DNA of 63,974 nucleotides from Microbacterium sp. (GTDB taxonomy: Bacteria; Actinomycetota; Actinomycetes; Actinomycetales; Microbacteriaceae): the NCBI RefSeq assembly GCF_029263575.1, contig NZ_JAJUFV010000001.1, forward strand, positions 1 to 63,974, in the 5' to 3' direction. A program made the position numbers and the translations under genes. Shown piece after piece: positions 49,159-59,505 of the stretch (positions are counted from its first letter, which is position 1; each line of letters opens with the position of its first letter). Below the pieces are notes generated by a model. It did no database searches, was not told the DNA's origin, and saw nothing but the letters and a program-made list of their open reading frames with translations.

Positions 49159-51255
49159 TCAGCCGGCGAGGCCCAGGCAGTCCAGCAGCCACGCGATCTC
49201 GAAAGCGCGATCTTTCCACGCGTTATAGCGTCCGCTGACGCCGCCGTGGCCCGCTGACATCTCGCATTTCACAAGCGCGTCGGATGCTCCGGCTTCACGC
49301 AGACGTGCCACCCACTTGGCGGGTTCGACGTACAGCACGCGTGTGTCGTTCAGCGACGTCACGGCGAGGATACGGGGATACGCGACGCCGTCTCGCACGT
49401 TCTCATAGGGGCTGTACGACTTCATGTATTCGTAGACGTCAGCGTTGTGCAGCGGGTCGCCCCACTCGTCCCACTCGATCACCGTCAGCGGCAGCGAGGG
49501 GTCGAGGATGCTGGTGAGCGGATCGACGAACGGCACAGCGGCGAGAACGCCGGCGAAGGTCGTCGGTGCCAGGTTCACCACGGCGCCCATGAGCAGCCCG
49601 CCCGCGCTTCCGCCCTCAGCGACCATCTGAGCGCGCGTTGTCACGCCGGTCGCGATCAGATGATCAGCGCACGCCACGAAGTCGGTGAACGAATTGCGCT
49701 TGTTCAGCATCTTGCCGTCTTCGTACCAGTTGCGGCCCATCTCGCCGCCGCCGCGCACATGCGCAACCGCGAAGATCACACCGCGATCGAGCTCGCTCAG
49801 CCGCGCGACGGAGAATCCGGGATCGATGGAATGCTCGTAGGATCCGTAGCCGTAGAGGTGAAGGGGGCGGGGAGCGGAGCCGGGCTCACCGAACGAGCGC
49901 TTCCACACCAGCGAGATCGGGACGCGGGTGCCATCGGCTGCGGTCGCCCAGGCGCGTTCCTGCGCGTACTCTTCCGGCGCATATCCGCCGAGCACGCGCT
50001 GACGCTTGCGCAGCACGAGCTCACGCGTCGACAGTTCCAGGTCATAGACGGTGCTCGGCGTCACAAACGAGGTGTAGCCGAGCCGGAGGAAGGGGGAGTG
50101 CCATTCCGGGTTGCCCGTAGGCCACGCTGAGAACAGCGGTTCGTCGAACGCCAACTCATCCACGCTGTCGTCGCGATACTCGAGCAGACCGATCCGTTCG
50201 AGGCCGCCTGCGCGATACGCGACGACGCCGAAGTCACGGAAGCAGTTGACATCGAGGATGCGCCGGCCCGACTCATGCGCCATGATGACGTGTCGCTCGC
50301 CCTGCGGATCGTTGGCGGCAACCGATACCAGCTCGAAGTCGAGCGCGCCCTGATTGTGCAGGATCAGCAGACGGTCTTCTCCGTCGATCACGGCGTGCTC
50401 GAGAGAGTACTCGACGCCCTCGGTACGGGGCCACACCAGCTGCGGAGCAGAGGTGATCTCACCGCGGAGGTCGACAAGATACTCCTCGCTGGTGATGCTC
50501 GATCCGACGCCGATCACGAGATAGCGACGACTGCGCGTGATGCCGGCGCCCAACCAGAAACGCTCGTCGGGCTCATGGAAGAGCTGCACGTCATCGGCAA
50601 CTGCGGTTCCGAGGCGGTGCAGCCACAGCGTGTCGGGCCGCCAGGCCTCGTCACGAGTCGTGTAGATGATGCCGGTACCGTCGGGGGTGAAGAAGCCGCC
50701 GCCGGTACGGGGGATCTCATCGGCCAGCACCTCGCCGGTGACGAGGTCACGCACGCATATCGTGTACAGCTCATCGCCCTCGTAATCGGGCGCCCACAAT
50801 AGTTTGGTCGCATCGTCTGAGGTGTCGAAGGCGCCGAGCGAGAAGAAGTCGTGCCTTTCGGCCTCGCGGTTACCGTCGAGCAGGATCTCTTCACCGGGTA
50901 CGGGGACGCCGGGCTCGAGTGTGGGCGGCGTCCAGTCCTCGGGGTCTGCGGCAGCGCGGCAATGGATGCCGTACTGGGCGCCCTCTTCGCTGCGGGTGTA
51001 GTACCACCAGTCGCCGCGGCGCGTCGGCACGGACAGGTCGGTCTCTTGCACGCGCCCTTTGATCTCCTGGAACAGGGTCTCGCGAAGTTCCGCGAGATGT
51101 GCGGTCGCCGATTCGGTGTGCGCGTTCTCTGCGTCCAGATGCGCCAGTACCTCGGGCGATTCCTTCTCACGAAGCCACTCATAGGGATCGTCGAAGCTGT
51201 CTCCGTGATGAGTGCGAATCTGGGAACGGCGGGCTGCGAGAGGAGCGTTGGTCAC
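49159..51255 (-). CDS. ptrB: Oligopeptidase B (S9A)
   Basis: DPYEWL, YGYGSY, HVRGGGEMG, GGSAGGLL catalytic Ser, EWDEWGDP, NDTRV, AGHGG.SGRY. Confidence 0.95.
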   Translation of the reverse strand: MTNAPLAARRSQIRTHHGDSFDDPYEWLREKESPEVLAHLDAENAHTESATAHLAELRETLFQEIKGRVQETDLSVPTRRGDWWYYTRSEEGAQYGIHCRAAADPEDWTPPTLEPGVPVPGEEILLDGNREAERHDFFSLGAFDTSDDATKLLWAPDYEGDELYTICVRDLVTGEVLADEIPRTGGGFFTPDGTGIIYTTRDEAWRPDTLWLHRLGTAVADDVQLFHEPDERFWLGAGITRSRRYLVIGVGSSITSEEYLVDLRGEITSAPQLVWPRTEGVEYSLEHAVIDGEDRLLILHNQGALDFELVSVAANDPQGERHVIMAHESGRRILDVNCFRDFGVVAYRAGGLERIGLLEYRDDSVDELAFDEPLFSAWPTGNPEWHSPFLRLGYTSFVTPSTVYDLELSTRELVLRKRQRVLGGYAPEEYAQERAWATAADGTRVPISLVWKRSFGEPGSAPRPLHLYGYGSYEHSIDPGFSVARLSELDRGVIFAVAHVRGGGEMGRNWYEDGKMLNKRNSFTDFVACADHLIATGVTTRAQMVAEGGSAGGLLMGAVVNLAPTTFAGVLAAVPFVDPLTSILDPSLPLTVIEWDEWGDPLHNADVYEYMKSYSPYENVRDGVAYPRILAVTSLNDTRVLYVEPAKWVARLREAGASDALVKCEMSAGHGGVSGRYNAWKDRAFEIAWLLDCLGLAG

Positions 51256-51409
51256 CCTGCCACGCTATCCCAGGTCGAGTTGACCGAGGCGGGGGAGGGT
51301 GCAAGGATCGATCGGGGCCGGTTAACGGAAGAAAAACCCACGGTGAACTCTTCGTTCGTCACGCTGATCACGTCAGCATCTCCTTTCCTCCACACCAACC
51401 CGAAAGCGC

Positions 51410-52771
51410 ATGGTGGAAACCGCAGTTCTTATCGTCGTTCTGGTCATCGCACTGGCCCTGTTCTTCGACTTCACCAATGGCTTCCATGACACCGCCAACG
51501 CCATGGCGACGCCGATCGCCACGGGGGCGCTCAAGCCCAAGACCGCGGTGCTCTTGGCCGCGGTGCTCAATCTGGTCGGCGCGTTCCTGTCGACCGAGGT
51601 GTCCAAGACGGTCTCCGGCGGCATCATCCAAGAAGATGCCATCAGAGAATCCGGCGCCGAGCTGTTCCTCGCGCTGATCTTCGCCGGGCTGATCGGTGCG
51701 ATCACGTGGAACATGCTCACCTGGCTGCTGGGTCTGCCGTCGAGTTCATCGCACGCGCTGTTCGGCGGTCTGATCGGAGCCACGCTCGTCGGCGCAGGTC
51801 TGGGCGGGATCGACTTCGGAATGGTGCTGTCGAAGGTCGTGCTTCCCGCGCTGATCGCGCCGCTGACCGCCGGGATCATCGCTTTCGCCGCGACGAAGAT
51901 CGCGTACTCGATCACACGTCGTTACGACGGCAAACCCGATGGTCGCGACGGCTTCCGCTGGGGTCAGATCTTCACGTCTTCGCTCGTCGCGCTCGCGCAC
52001 GGAACAAACGACGCGCAGAAGACCATGGGCGTCATCACTCTCGCGCTCATCACCATCGGCTGGCAGTCCGGCGCGCACCACGAGCCGCAGCTCTGGGTCA
52101 TCGTCGCCTGCGCCGTGACGATTGCGCTCGGCACCTATCTGGGCGGATGGCGAATCATCCGCACGCTCGGCAAGGGGCTCACCGAGGTCAAGCCGGCGCA
52201 GGGCTTCGCCGCCGAGAGTTCGACGGCGGCGACAATCCTCGCCTCTAGCGCGCTCGGCTTCGCCCTGTCGACCACGCAGGTCGCCTCAGGGTCGGTGATC
52301 GGCTCCGGGCTGGGCCGACGGGGCTCCACGGTGCGCTGGCGGACGGCTGGGCGTATCACGATCGGCTGGTTGCTGACGTTGCCGGCGGCAGCCGCAGTCG
52401 GCGGCCTGGCCGCGCTGTTGGTCGTCTGGTTGGGCAATGGCGGCGTCGTGATCGACGCTGTGATCGCGCTCATCATCATCGTGGGGCTCTACGTGCGCTC
52501 ACGCCGAAACGCCGTGACGTCGGAGAACGCAATGAGCGATGTCGCCGAGTCCGGCCACGCTGTCGAGCTTCCCGATATGCCCCCGCCGACCCGGCGCCAG
52601 CAGCGTATCGAGCAGGCACGTGCCGAGGCAAAGGCGCGGAAGAAGGCCAGAGCCGATACGAAGGCGCTCAAGAAAGCCGACGCACAGGCGAAGGCACAGA
52701 AGACGAAGGCGCCGAAGACGAAGGCGCAGCAGTCAGCTTCCACGGACGGTCGAGGGGAGAAGAGCGAATGA
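51410..52771 (+). CDS. pit: PiT-family inorganic phosphate transporter with Lys/Ala-rich C-terminal tail
   Basis: NGFHDTANAMAT, GLPSSSSHAL.GG, HGTNDAQK.MG, GGWRIIRTLG, LSTTQ. Confidence 0.93.
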   Translation: MVETAVLIVVLVIALALFFDFTNGFHDTANAMATPIATGALKPKTAVLLAAVLNLVGAFLSTEVSKTVSGGIIQEDAIRESGAELFLALIFAGLIGAITWNMLTWLLGLPSSSSHALFGGLIGATLVGAGLGGIDFGMVLSKVVLPALIAPLTAGIIAFAATKIAYSITRRYDGKPDGRDGFRWGQIFTSSLVALAHGTNDAQKTMGVITLALITIGWQSGAHHEPQLWVIVACAVTIALGTYLGGWRIIRTLGKGLTEVKPAQGFAAESSTAATILASSALGFALSTTQVASGSVIGSGLGRRGSTVRWRTAGRITIGWLLTLPAAAAVGGLAALLVVWLGNGGVVIDAVIALIIIVGLYVRSRRNAVTSENAMSDVAESGHAVELPDMPPPTRRQQRIEQARAEAKARKKARADTKALKKADAQAKAQKTKAPKTKAQQSASTDGRGEKSE

Positions 52772-53103
52772 GTATCGAGATCGATTGGCTCGCGTTCCTC
52801 GCGGTCTTCGCTGTGGCTCTGATCGCCGCGAGTGCGATCGTGACGTTCTACGCGCTTGGACTGCGACTGCTCGTGCGCTCGGGACATGCGCCCGTCGTCA
52901 CGCCGGCGGAGTTCACGGATGCGATCACGGTCATCACCGAGAAGGAAGCGGCCCGAGCCGCGAAGCAGGCAGCCAAGGCTGCCCGCAAGAGCCCGCTCAG
53001 CGCGCGAGCTAAGCGGGTGTCACTGGTGGGCGCTTACGCCTGTTTCGTGCTGTGCGGTCTTGCCGTGCTCGGCGGAATCGCCCTGCTGGTGATCGGTCAC
53101 TGA
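52768..53103 (+). CDS. Small two-TM membrane protein coupled to pit
   Basis: ATGA overlap with pit; two hydrophobic helices around a charged loop. Confidence 0.78.
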   Translation: MSIEIDWLAFLAVFAVALIAASAIVTFYALGLRLLVRSGHAPVVTPAEFTDAITVITEKEAARAAKQAAKAARKSPLSARAKRVSLVGAYACFVLCGLAVLGGIALLVIGH

Positions 53104-53169
53104 GCCTGCGGTCGGCGTAGGATGGGCATATCCCCCACCACTGTTCGCCACGACCCACAAGGATGTGAC

Positions 53170-54630
53170 ATGGCCTCTGCCGCGCCCGGTCCCACTCGCA
53201 CCGAAAAAGACTCCCTCGGGAGCATGGAGATTCCTGCTGACGCGTACTGGGGCATTCACACCGCCCGCGCTGAGGCGAACTTCCCGATCACGAAGCGACC
53301 GATCTCGGTGTACTCCGATATGGTGCGGGCGTTGGCGATGGTCAAGCAGGCCAGTGCGCGTGCGAACCGTGAGATCGGCGTGCTCGATCACGAGCGTGCT
53401 GATCTGATCGATCGCGCCGCGCAGCGCATCATCGACGGCGAGTTTCACGATCAGTTCACGGTCGGTGTGATCCAGGGCGGGGCGGGCACCTCGACGAACA
53501 TGAACGCCAATGAGGTCATCACCAACGTCGCGTTGGAGATGGCCGGCCGTGAGAAGGGCGATTACGCGTTCCTCTCGCCGATCGATCACACCAATCGCAG
53601 TCAGTCGACCAACGACGTCTATCCGACGGCCATCAAGATCGGGCTCTCGCTGACCCTGCAGTCGCTCCTGGACGAGCTGGAGCTGCTGCGGCGCTCCTTC
53701 CTCAGCAAGGCCGCGGAGTTCCACGAAATCCTCAAGGTCGGTCGCACGCAGCTGCAGGATGCCGTGCCGATGACTCTCGGTCAGGAGTTCCACGGATTCG
53801 CCACCACGCTCGGCGAAGATCACACCCGACTCACCGAGAACGCTTCGCTGATGTTCGAGATCAACATGGGCGCGACGGCCATCGGAACGGGCATCACCAC
53901 GCACGCCGACTATGCGGCGTCGGTGCTGCGCCACCTGCGTGAGATCACCGCACTCGATCTGCAGACGGCATCCGATCTGGTCGAATCCACCAGCGACACC
54001 GGTGCGTTCATGTCATTCTCATCGTCGCTCAAGCGCAACGCGATCAAGCTCTCGAAGATCTGCAATGACCTGCGGCTGCTCTCGTCTGGTCCACAGGCCG
54101 GGTTCGGCGAGATCAACCTCCCGGCCAAGCAGGCAGGCTCCAGCATTATGCCCGCGAAGGTCAACCCCGTCATTCCCGAGGTCGTCAACCAGGTGGCCTT
54201 CGCGGTTGTCGGGGCCGACACCACGGTCACGATGGCGGTGGAAGCCGGGCAGTTGCAGCTCAATGCCTTCGAGCCGGTCATCGCCCATTCGATCTTCCAG
54301 TCGATCACCTGGATGCGGCAGGCGATATGGACGTTGCGCGTCAATTGCGTCGATGGCATCACCGCGAACGACGACCGCTTGGGCGCCATGGTGGGCGCTT
54401 CGGTCGGCGTCATCACGGCCCTCACGCCCTTCATCGGCTACGCGGCGGCGGCGGCACTGGCGAAGACAGCGCTGCTGACCAAGCGCAACGTCGCCGACCT
54501 CGTGGTCGAGGCGGGCCTGATGTCGCGTGAAGAGGTGACCAAGCAGCTGTCGCCAGCGCGCCTGTCGGGCCTCGAAGCCGTGACAGCCGCCGTCAGCGTG
54601 ATTCCGCCAGAGGGCCTGATCGAGATCTAA
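53170..54630 (+). CDS. aspA: Aspartate ammonia-lyase
   Basis: R.EKDSLG, YWGIHT.RA..NF, QGGAGTSTNMNANEV, SQSTNDVYPT, GRTQLQDAVP, GSSIMPAKVNPV.PE; AAGGA before ATG53170. Confidence 0.95.
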   Translation: MASAAPGPTRTEKDSLGSMEIPADAYWGIHTARAEANFPITKRPISVYSDMVRALAMVKQASARANREIGVLDHERADLIDRAAQRIIDGEFHDQFTVGVIQGGAGTSTNMNANEVITNVALEMAGREKGDYAFLSPIDHTNRSQSTNDVYPTAIKIGLSLTLQSLLDELELLRRSFLSKAAEFHEILKVGRTQLQDAVPMTLGQEFHGFATTLGEDHTRLTENASLMFEINMGATAIGTGITTHADYAASVLRHLREITALDLQTASDLVESTSDTGAFMSFSSSLKRNAIKLSKICNDLRLLSSGPQAGFGEINLPAKQAGSSIMPAKVNPVIPEVVNQVAFAVVGADTTVTMAVEAGQLQLNAFEPVIAHSIFQSITWMRQAIWTLRVNCVDGITANDDRLGAMVGASVGVITALTPFIGYAAAAALAKTALLTKRNVADLVVEAGLMSREEVTKQLSPARLSGLEAVTAAVSVIPPEGLIEI

Positions 54631-55496
54631 CCGGTGATGCGGCAGTGCGTCGTCAGCTCGCCGATGCCGTCGATTCCGACGGTGACGGTCGAGTGATCGC
54701 GCAGGAAGATCTGCGGGTCGCGTGAGTATCCGGCGCCGCCGGGGCTGCCGGTTGAGATCAGCGTGCCCGGCTGCAGCGTGAGTGACTGCGACAGGTGAGC
54801 GATCAGCGTCGACACAGGTCGCACCATCTGTCCCGTTGAGGCATCCTGCACGGTGTGTCCGTCGACGACTGTCCAGATGTGCAGATCCTGCGGATCGGGA
54901 ACCTCATCCGCCGTCACGACGAACGGGCCGGTCGGGGTGAACCCGTCGAAGGATTTGCACCGAGACCACTGGGCCTCGGAGAACTGGATATCGCGCGCCG
55001 TGATGTCGTTGACGACCGTGTATCCCCAGACGTGGTCGAGGGCATCGTCTGCTGTCACATCTTTCGCCGCGGTGCCGATGAGCACGCCGAGCTCTGCTTC
55101 GTAATCGACGGATTCACTCAATGCGCGAGGCCACGCCGTCGTCGACTCGTGCCCCGTCAGCGAGTTGGGCCACAGCGTGAAGACGGTCGGCGCTGTATCG
55201 GTCTTGAGCCCCAGCTCGCTGGAGTGCGCGGCGTAGTTCAACCCGACGGCGAGGACCACTGGCGGGCCCAGCACGGCCGAGGCGAACGCATATCCTTCGA
55301 GCGGATGCCGCGGCGCATCGCCGTCGGCGAGCGCCTGACGTACCTGGTCGAGGGCGTCGTCACCGCCCTGAATCAGCTCTTGCAGTGACGCGGGAGCGGG
55401 GGAGAGCAGGTCGGAGACCAGCACGGCTTCGGACCCCTCGATGACGGCCAGGTGGATCTGCGCAGAATCGGATCGACGGAGATGAGCGAGTCGCAT
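54627..55496 (-). CDS. Fumarylacetoacetate hydrolase family protein
   Basis: VGLNYAAH, VDYEAEL, NDITARD, KSFDGFTP.GP, TGSPGG; TAGCGT 7 nt before ATG55496. Confidence 0.92.
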   Translation of the reverse strand: MRLAHLRRSDSAQIHLAVIEGSEAVLVSDLLSPAPASLQELIQGGDDALDQVRQALADGDAPRHPLEGYAFASAVLGPPVVLAVGLNYAAHSSELGLKTDTAPTVFTLWPNSLTGHESTTAWPRALSESVDYEAELGVLIGTAAKDVTADDALDHVWGYTVVNDITARDIQFSEAQWSRCKSFDGFTPTGPFVVTADEVPDPQDLHIWTVVDGHTVQDASTGQMVRPVSTLIAHLSQSLTLQPGTLISTGSPGGAGYSRDPQIFLRDHSTVTVGIDGIGELTTHCRITG

Positions 55497-55557
55497 GTTC
55501 TCTACGCTACCGCTCACGTGTCTGAGTGATGGCACCTCATCCGTCTAGGCTTTGGGG

Positions 55558-56772
55558 ATGACACATGGGGGATCAGCGCAGTACACGCCGCCGCACTTCA
55601 ACCAGCAGCCGAGATACGAATCCGCGCTCGCGCAGCCGACGAGCTACTCGCCACCGGCCCCGGCCGCTCCCGCGCCGGCGCCGGGTCTGCCCTCGCTTCC
55701 CGTGCCGTCCAAGCGTGGACGGACGGTGTCGGTGTGGGTCTTCGGCGTGCTGGGGTTCGTCTTGCTCGCGCTCATCGGCTATTTCGTCTGGGCGCTGGGG
55801 GTCGCGGCATCCGGTGTCGGCATGGTCTTGGCGCTGGTTCCGTTCGCCATCGTCTTCTTCGGTGTGCGTCTGATCGATCGGTGGGAACCCGAGCCCAAGC
55901 TGTTGATCGCCTTCGCGATCGCCTGGGGTGCGATCGCCGCGGTGGGAATCACGCTGCTGGTCGACCTCGCGCTGACGCTCGCGGTCGGGGTGCGCTCGGA
56001 TGCGTTCTCCTCGGTCATTCAGGCCCCGGTCGTGGAAGAGATCGCCAAGGGTCTCGGCATCCTGGTCATCTTCTATGCGGGGCGGCGGGTGTTCGACGGT
56101 CCTGTCGACGGGATCGTCTACGGTGCGCTGGTGGGGGCCGGTTTCGCGTTCACCGAGAACATTCAGTACTTCGCGATCAGTCTGATCGAAGGAGGCGGAG
56201 GGCAGCTGACGGCGACGTTCGTGATGCGGGGACTCCTCTCGCCGTTCGCGCACGCGATGTTCACCGCGCTGACCGGCTTTGCTATGGGGTTGGCAGCGCG
56301 CCGCGGTGCCTCGTCGGCATCCGTGCTGGGAGCGGGAGCACTGGGGCTCATCGGTGCGGTGCTGCTGCACGGCTTCTGGAACGGCTCAGCCATCTTCGCG
56401 GACTTCTTCGCTCTGTATGTGACGCTCCAGGTTCCGCTGTTCATCGGATTCATCATCGCGATCGTCGCCCTCCGCAAAGAAGAGGCGCGACTGACCGAAC
56501 AGCGGCTGGGAGAGTACGCGACTGCCGGGTGGTTCACCCCGGAGGAAGTCGCCATGTTGGCAACGCCCGCGGGGCGAAAGACAGGCATGAACTGGGCTGC
56601 CTCGCTGCGAGGAGATCGACGGCCGCTCATGAAGCAGTTCATCAAGGATGCGACGGCGTTGGCGGCTGTTCGACAGCGTGCGGTCACGGGGCGCGACCCA
56701 CTCGCGGCCGAAGATGAGCGGGCGCTGCTGACGCGCGCCCGGGCGACGCGCGCCGCGCTGCTGGCTTACTGA
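55558..56772 (+). CDS. PrsW-family intramembrane metalloprotease
   Basis: DRWEPEP, APVVEEIAKG, DGIVYG...GAGFAFTEN..Y, RG..SPFAH, LLHGFWN; TAGGCT 6 nt before ATG55558. Confidence 0.92.
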   Translation: MTHGGSAQYTPPHFNQQPRYESALAQPTSYSPPAPAAPAPAPGLPSLPVPSKRGRTVSVWVFGVLGFVLLALIGYFVWALGVAASGVGMVLALVPFAIVFFGVRLIDRWEPEPKLLIAFAIAWGAIAAVGITLLVDLALTLAVGVRSDAFSSVIQAPVVEEIAKGLGILVIFYAGRRVFDGPVDGIVYGALVGAGFAFTENIQYFAISLIEGGGGQLTATFVMRGLLSPFAHAMFTALTGFAMGLAARRGASSASVLGAGALGLIGAVLLHGFWNGSAIFADFFALYVTLQVPLFIGFIIAIVALRKEEARLTEQRLGEYATAGWFTPEEVAMLATPAGRKTGMNWAASLRGDRRPLMKQFIKDATALAAVRQRAVTGRDPLAAEDERALLTRARATRAALLAY

Positions 56773-56803
56773 GCGGCGGTCCGATCGCGGCGCTGATGGC
56801 AAG

Positions 56804-56891
56804 ACTCAGCGCCCGGTGCTGCGGCGATGCCTGCGAGTCTCCCGGGCGCTGAGTTGGTATGAACCCAGGGTGCACCCGGTCTCGCCGGGTG
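56804..56891. repeat. Intergenic double-hairpin element
   Basis: ACTCAGCGCCCGG (56804-56816) / CCGGGCGCTGAGT (56842-56854); CACCCGG / CCGGGTG (56873-56891). Confidence 0.55.
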
Positions 56892-56984
56892 TCAAGACCC
56901 AGTTGGGCAAATCGACGTGATCTGTTCGCTGAGGGCTGGTGCGTGCGCATTGACGCGCTTGTAGGCGTCAGGTTGGATGGGATC

Positions 56985-57353
56985 ATGACTGAGCGCACCA
57001 AGCCCGAGTTCGACGCCCCTACCGGTCCTGCCCCCAGCGAGTTGGCGATCCGAGACATCATCGAAGGCGACGGTGCCGCTGCAGCACCCGGTGACACCGT
57101 GACGGTTCACTACGCCGGTGTCGAGTTCGACTCGGGTGAGGAGTTCGACTCGTCCTGGGGTCGTGGCGAGACGATCCAGTTCCCGCTGCGCGGCCTCATC
57201 CAGGGCTGGCAGGAGGGCATTCCGGGCATGAAGATCGGTGGTCGCCGCGAGCTGATCGTGCCGCCGCATCTGGCATATGGTCCGGCCGGCGGAGGGCACT
57301 TCCTCTCCGGCAAGACGCTGATCTTCATTATCGACCTGGTCGCTGTCGGCTGA
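56985..57353 (+). CDS. Cytoplasmic FKBP-type peptidyl-prolyl isomerase
   Basis: VTVHYAG, EFDSSWGRG, LIQGWQEG..GMKIGGRR.L.VPPHLAYG, TLIF.IDL. Confidence 0.94.
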   Translation: MTERTKPEFDAPTGPAPSELAIRDIIEGDGAAAAPGDTVTVHYAGVEFDSGEEFDSSWGRGETIQFPLRGLIQGWQEGIPGMKIGGRRELIVPPHLAYGPAGGGHFLSGKTLIFIIDLVAVG

Positions 57354-57365
57354 TCGTCTTTCTTC

Positions 57366-57405
57366 GGGCCCCATCTCGTGAATCGAGAATGGGGCCCATA
57401 TTTTT
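57366..57405 (+). terminator. Intrinsic terminator after FKBP gene
   Basis: GGGCCCCATCTCG-TGAAT-CGAGAATGGGGCCC followed by ATATTTTT. Confidence 0.8.
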
Positions 57406-57492
57406 CTGCCTTCTCGGAATACATGCAAACGTATATGAGTTGTGCTTCTGTGAACCGCCGCTCGACGGCCTGAGATCTTCAAGGAGAAACGC

Positions 57493-58047
57493 ATGACCAC
57501 GATCGACATCCCCGGCTACCGCGCAGGAACGTGGGTCCTCGACCCCTCGCACAGTGAGGTGACGTTCAGCGTCCGCCACATGATGATCTCAAAGGTTCGC
57601 GGCACATTCGGCGTGAAGAGCGCGACCCTCACCGCGCCCGAGAACCCGCTCGAGGCCACCGTGACGGCAAGCGTCGATGTCGCGTCGGTCGACACGAACG
57701 ACGCCGGTCGCGACGAGCACCTGCGTTCGGCTGATTTCTTCGACGCCGAGAACTTCCCGACGATGGAGTTCGTCTCCACCGGCGCTCGCGTCGAAGGCGA
57801 CGATTTCTTCATCGACGGCGACCTGACCATCCGCGGCACGACGAAACCGGTGAGCTTCGAGTTCGAGTTCGGTGGCTTCGGACAGGACCCGTACGGCAAT
57901 TACAAGGCCGGCGCCTCGGCGTCGACGACCATCAATCGTGAGGACTTCGGGCTCACCTGGAACGCGGCGCTCGAGACGGGCGGCGTGCTCGTGGGCAAGG
58001 ACATCACCATCAACCTCGACCTGCAGGGTGCTCTGCAACAGGACTGA
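57493..58047 (+). CDS. YceI-family protein
   Basis: W.LDPSHS.V.FSVRHMM, RDEHLRSADFFD...FP.M.F, GDLTIRG, INREDFG; AAGGAG SD. Confidence 0.93.
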   Translation: MTTIDIPGYRAGTWVLDPSHSEVTFSVRHMMISKVRGTFGVKSATLTAPENPLEATVTASVDVASVDTNDAGRDEHLRSADFFDAENFPTMEFVSTGARVEGDDFFIDGDLTIRGTTKPVSFEFEFGGFGQDPYGNYKAGASASTTINREDFGLTWNAALETGGVLVGKDITINLDLQGALQQD

Positions 58048-58057
58048 CGTTGCGCTG

Positions 58058-58093
58058 AGAGGATCCCGTGCCCGTCAGGGCGTGGGATCCTCT
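58058..58093. terminator. Hairpin at convergent yceI/MFS junction
   Basis: AGAGGATCCCGTGCCC-GTCA-GGGCGTGGGATCCTCT, overlapping the MFS 3' end. Confidence 0.72.
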
Positions 58094-59358
58094 GCGTCGT
58101 ATGCGCGAAATCGCGGAGCCCGTCGCACGAGTATCGCGACGATCGCGATGACGATGAAGCCACCGAGCAGTGGCGGGAACCACAGCGCTGTCGCGGTCGA
58201 GAGCACGCCGACGTAGAGTGCTCCGAGGCGCGGGCCGCCCGTCACGACGACGATGAAGATACCCTGCAGGCGCCCGCGGATGCTGTCCGGCACGGACGAT
58301 TGCATCATGGTGCTGCGATAGATCGAGCTGATGTTGTCCGCTGCGCCTGACGCGGCCAGAGCCAGGCAGGCGCCGACGATGAGGCCGAGATTGGCGCTCG
58401 TCTCGTCGACGGGAGGCATCCACACGCCCAGCAGGAGAACAGTGCCGAACACGACGATGGCGACCCCGTATGCCCGGATCGCCCGTTCGATGCCTCGGCC
58501 GTGCCAGCGGTACCGGACGACGCGGCCGGAGAACAGGCTGGACAGGAACGTGCCCGCCGCGATCGATGCGGTGAGCGCTCCGGTGGTGACCGCACCGCCG
58601 CCCAGCAATACCGTGCCCAGCGCAGGGTAGAGGGCGATGGGGTTTCCGAACGTCATCGCGGCGATGTCGAGCAGGTATTGCGTACGGATGTTCGCGGCGC
58701 TCTTGAGAAAGCGCCAGCCATCGACCAGTGACGCCAGCCCGGGGCGCACGATCGTTCCCTCCGGGCGTAGCGGTGGAAGAGTCCACAAGCCCATGAACAT
58801 CGCCAGCATCAGCACGACATCGATCGAGTAGGTCCAGCCGTATCCGGTTGCTGCCACGAGGATTCCGGCGAGCGCGGGGCCGACCATCACCATCATGCCG
58901 ATCGTGATGCCATTGAGGGCGGATGCCGGTGCCAGCAGTTCGCGCGGAAGCAGACGAGGAACGATGGCGCTCCGGGTGGCCATGCCGACGGAGTTCGCCG
59001 CAGCATTGATGACACTCAATGCGTAAAGCCACCAGATCGTCTCCAGGTGCGCCCATGTCAGCGCCGCGAGCAGCAGTGTGGAGACGAAGGTGATCACTGC
59101 GGCGATGAGCGCCACGATGCGACGGTCGAAGGCGTCGGCCAGCATTCCGCCGTAGAGGCCAGCCAGGATCATCGGAACGAGGCCCGCGACGGCCACCATC
59201 GACACGGCCAGAGTGCTGGCGGTCAGTTCGAACACGTGGAGCATGACGGTGACGAGGGTGAGTTGACCGCCGAGGCCCGCGAGGGTGGAGCCAATCCACA
59301 AGCGGGTGAATGCGCTACTCGCGCGAAAGGGACGCAGATCTATGAGAGAGCCGAGCAC
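58075..59358 (-). CDS. MFS transporter (EntS/MFS_3-like exporter)
   Basis: About 12 hydrophobic segments; [11 protein letters not shown] motif A; [17 protein letters not shown]; TAGCCT 6 nt upstream. Confidence 0.9.
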   Translation of the reverse strand: MLGSLIDLRPFRASSAFTRLWIGSTLAGLGGQLTLVTVMLHVFELTASTLAVSMVAVAGLVPMILAGLYGGMLADAFDRRIVALIAAVITFVSTLLLAALTWAHLETIWWLYALSVINAAANSVGMATRSAIVPRLLPRELLAPASALNGITIGMMVMVGPALAGILVAATGYGWTYSIDVVLMLAMFMGLWTLPPLRPEGTIVRPGLASLVDGWRFLKSAANIRTQYLLDIAAMTFGNPIALYPALGTVLLGGGAVTTGALTASIAAGTFLSSLFSGRVVRYRWHGRGIERAIRAYGVAIVVFGTVLLLGVWMPPVDETSANLGLIVGACLALAASGAADNISSIYRSTMMQSSVPDSIRGRLQGIFIVVVTGGPRLGALYVGVLSTATALWFPPLLGGFIVIAIVAILVRRAPRFRAYDAEDPTP

Positions 59359-59408
59359 CTCCTGAGGCTATCTGCTCTGCTCGGTACGTCGTGCGCGCGA
59401 GAGCCTGG

Positions 59409-59505
59409 TAGACTCGTGAAGTTGCCGTTTGATCGGCCGCGGATAAAGAGAGCTCACACATCAGGTGCTGGGCGCCGCGCAATGAATGGAAAGGGGATCC
59501 CATCT
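59409..59505 (+). promoter_or_regulatory. rpsO promoter (-10 TAGACT) and ~85-nt 5' leader, candidate S15 autoregulatory RNA
   Basis: TAGACT at 59409-59414; CGCGG/CCGCG pairing in the leader. S15 leaders are known upstream of rpsO in several phyla, but the fold here is not verified. Confidence 0.4.

Noticed and set aside
59047-59505. N-terminal extension of S15 in the ORF track
   Set aside because: Overlaps the MFS gene on the other strand; S15 homology starts at ATG59506.
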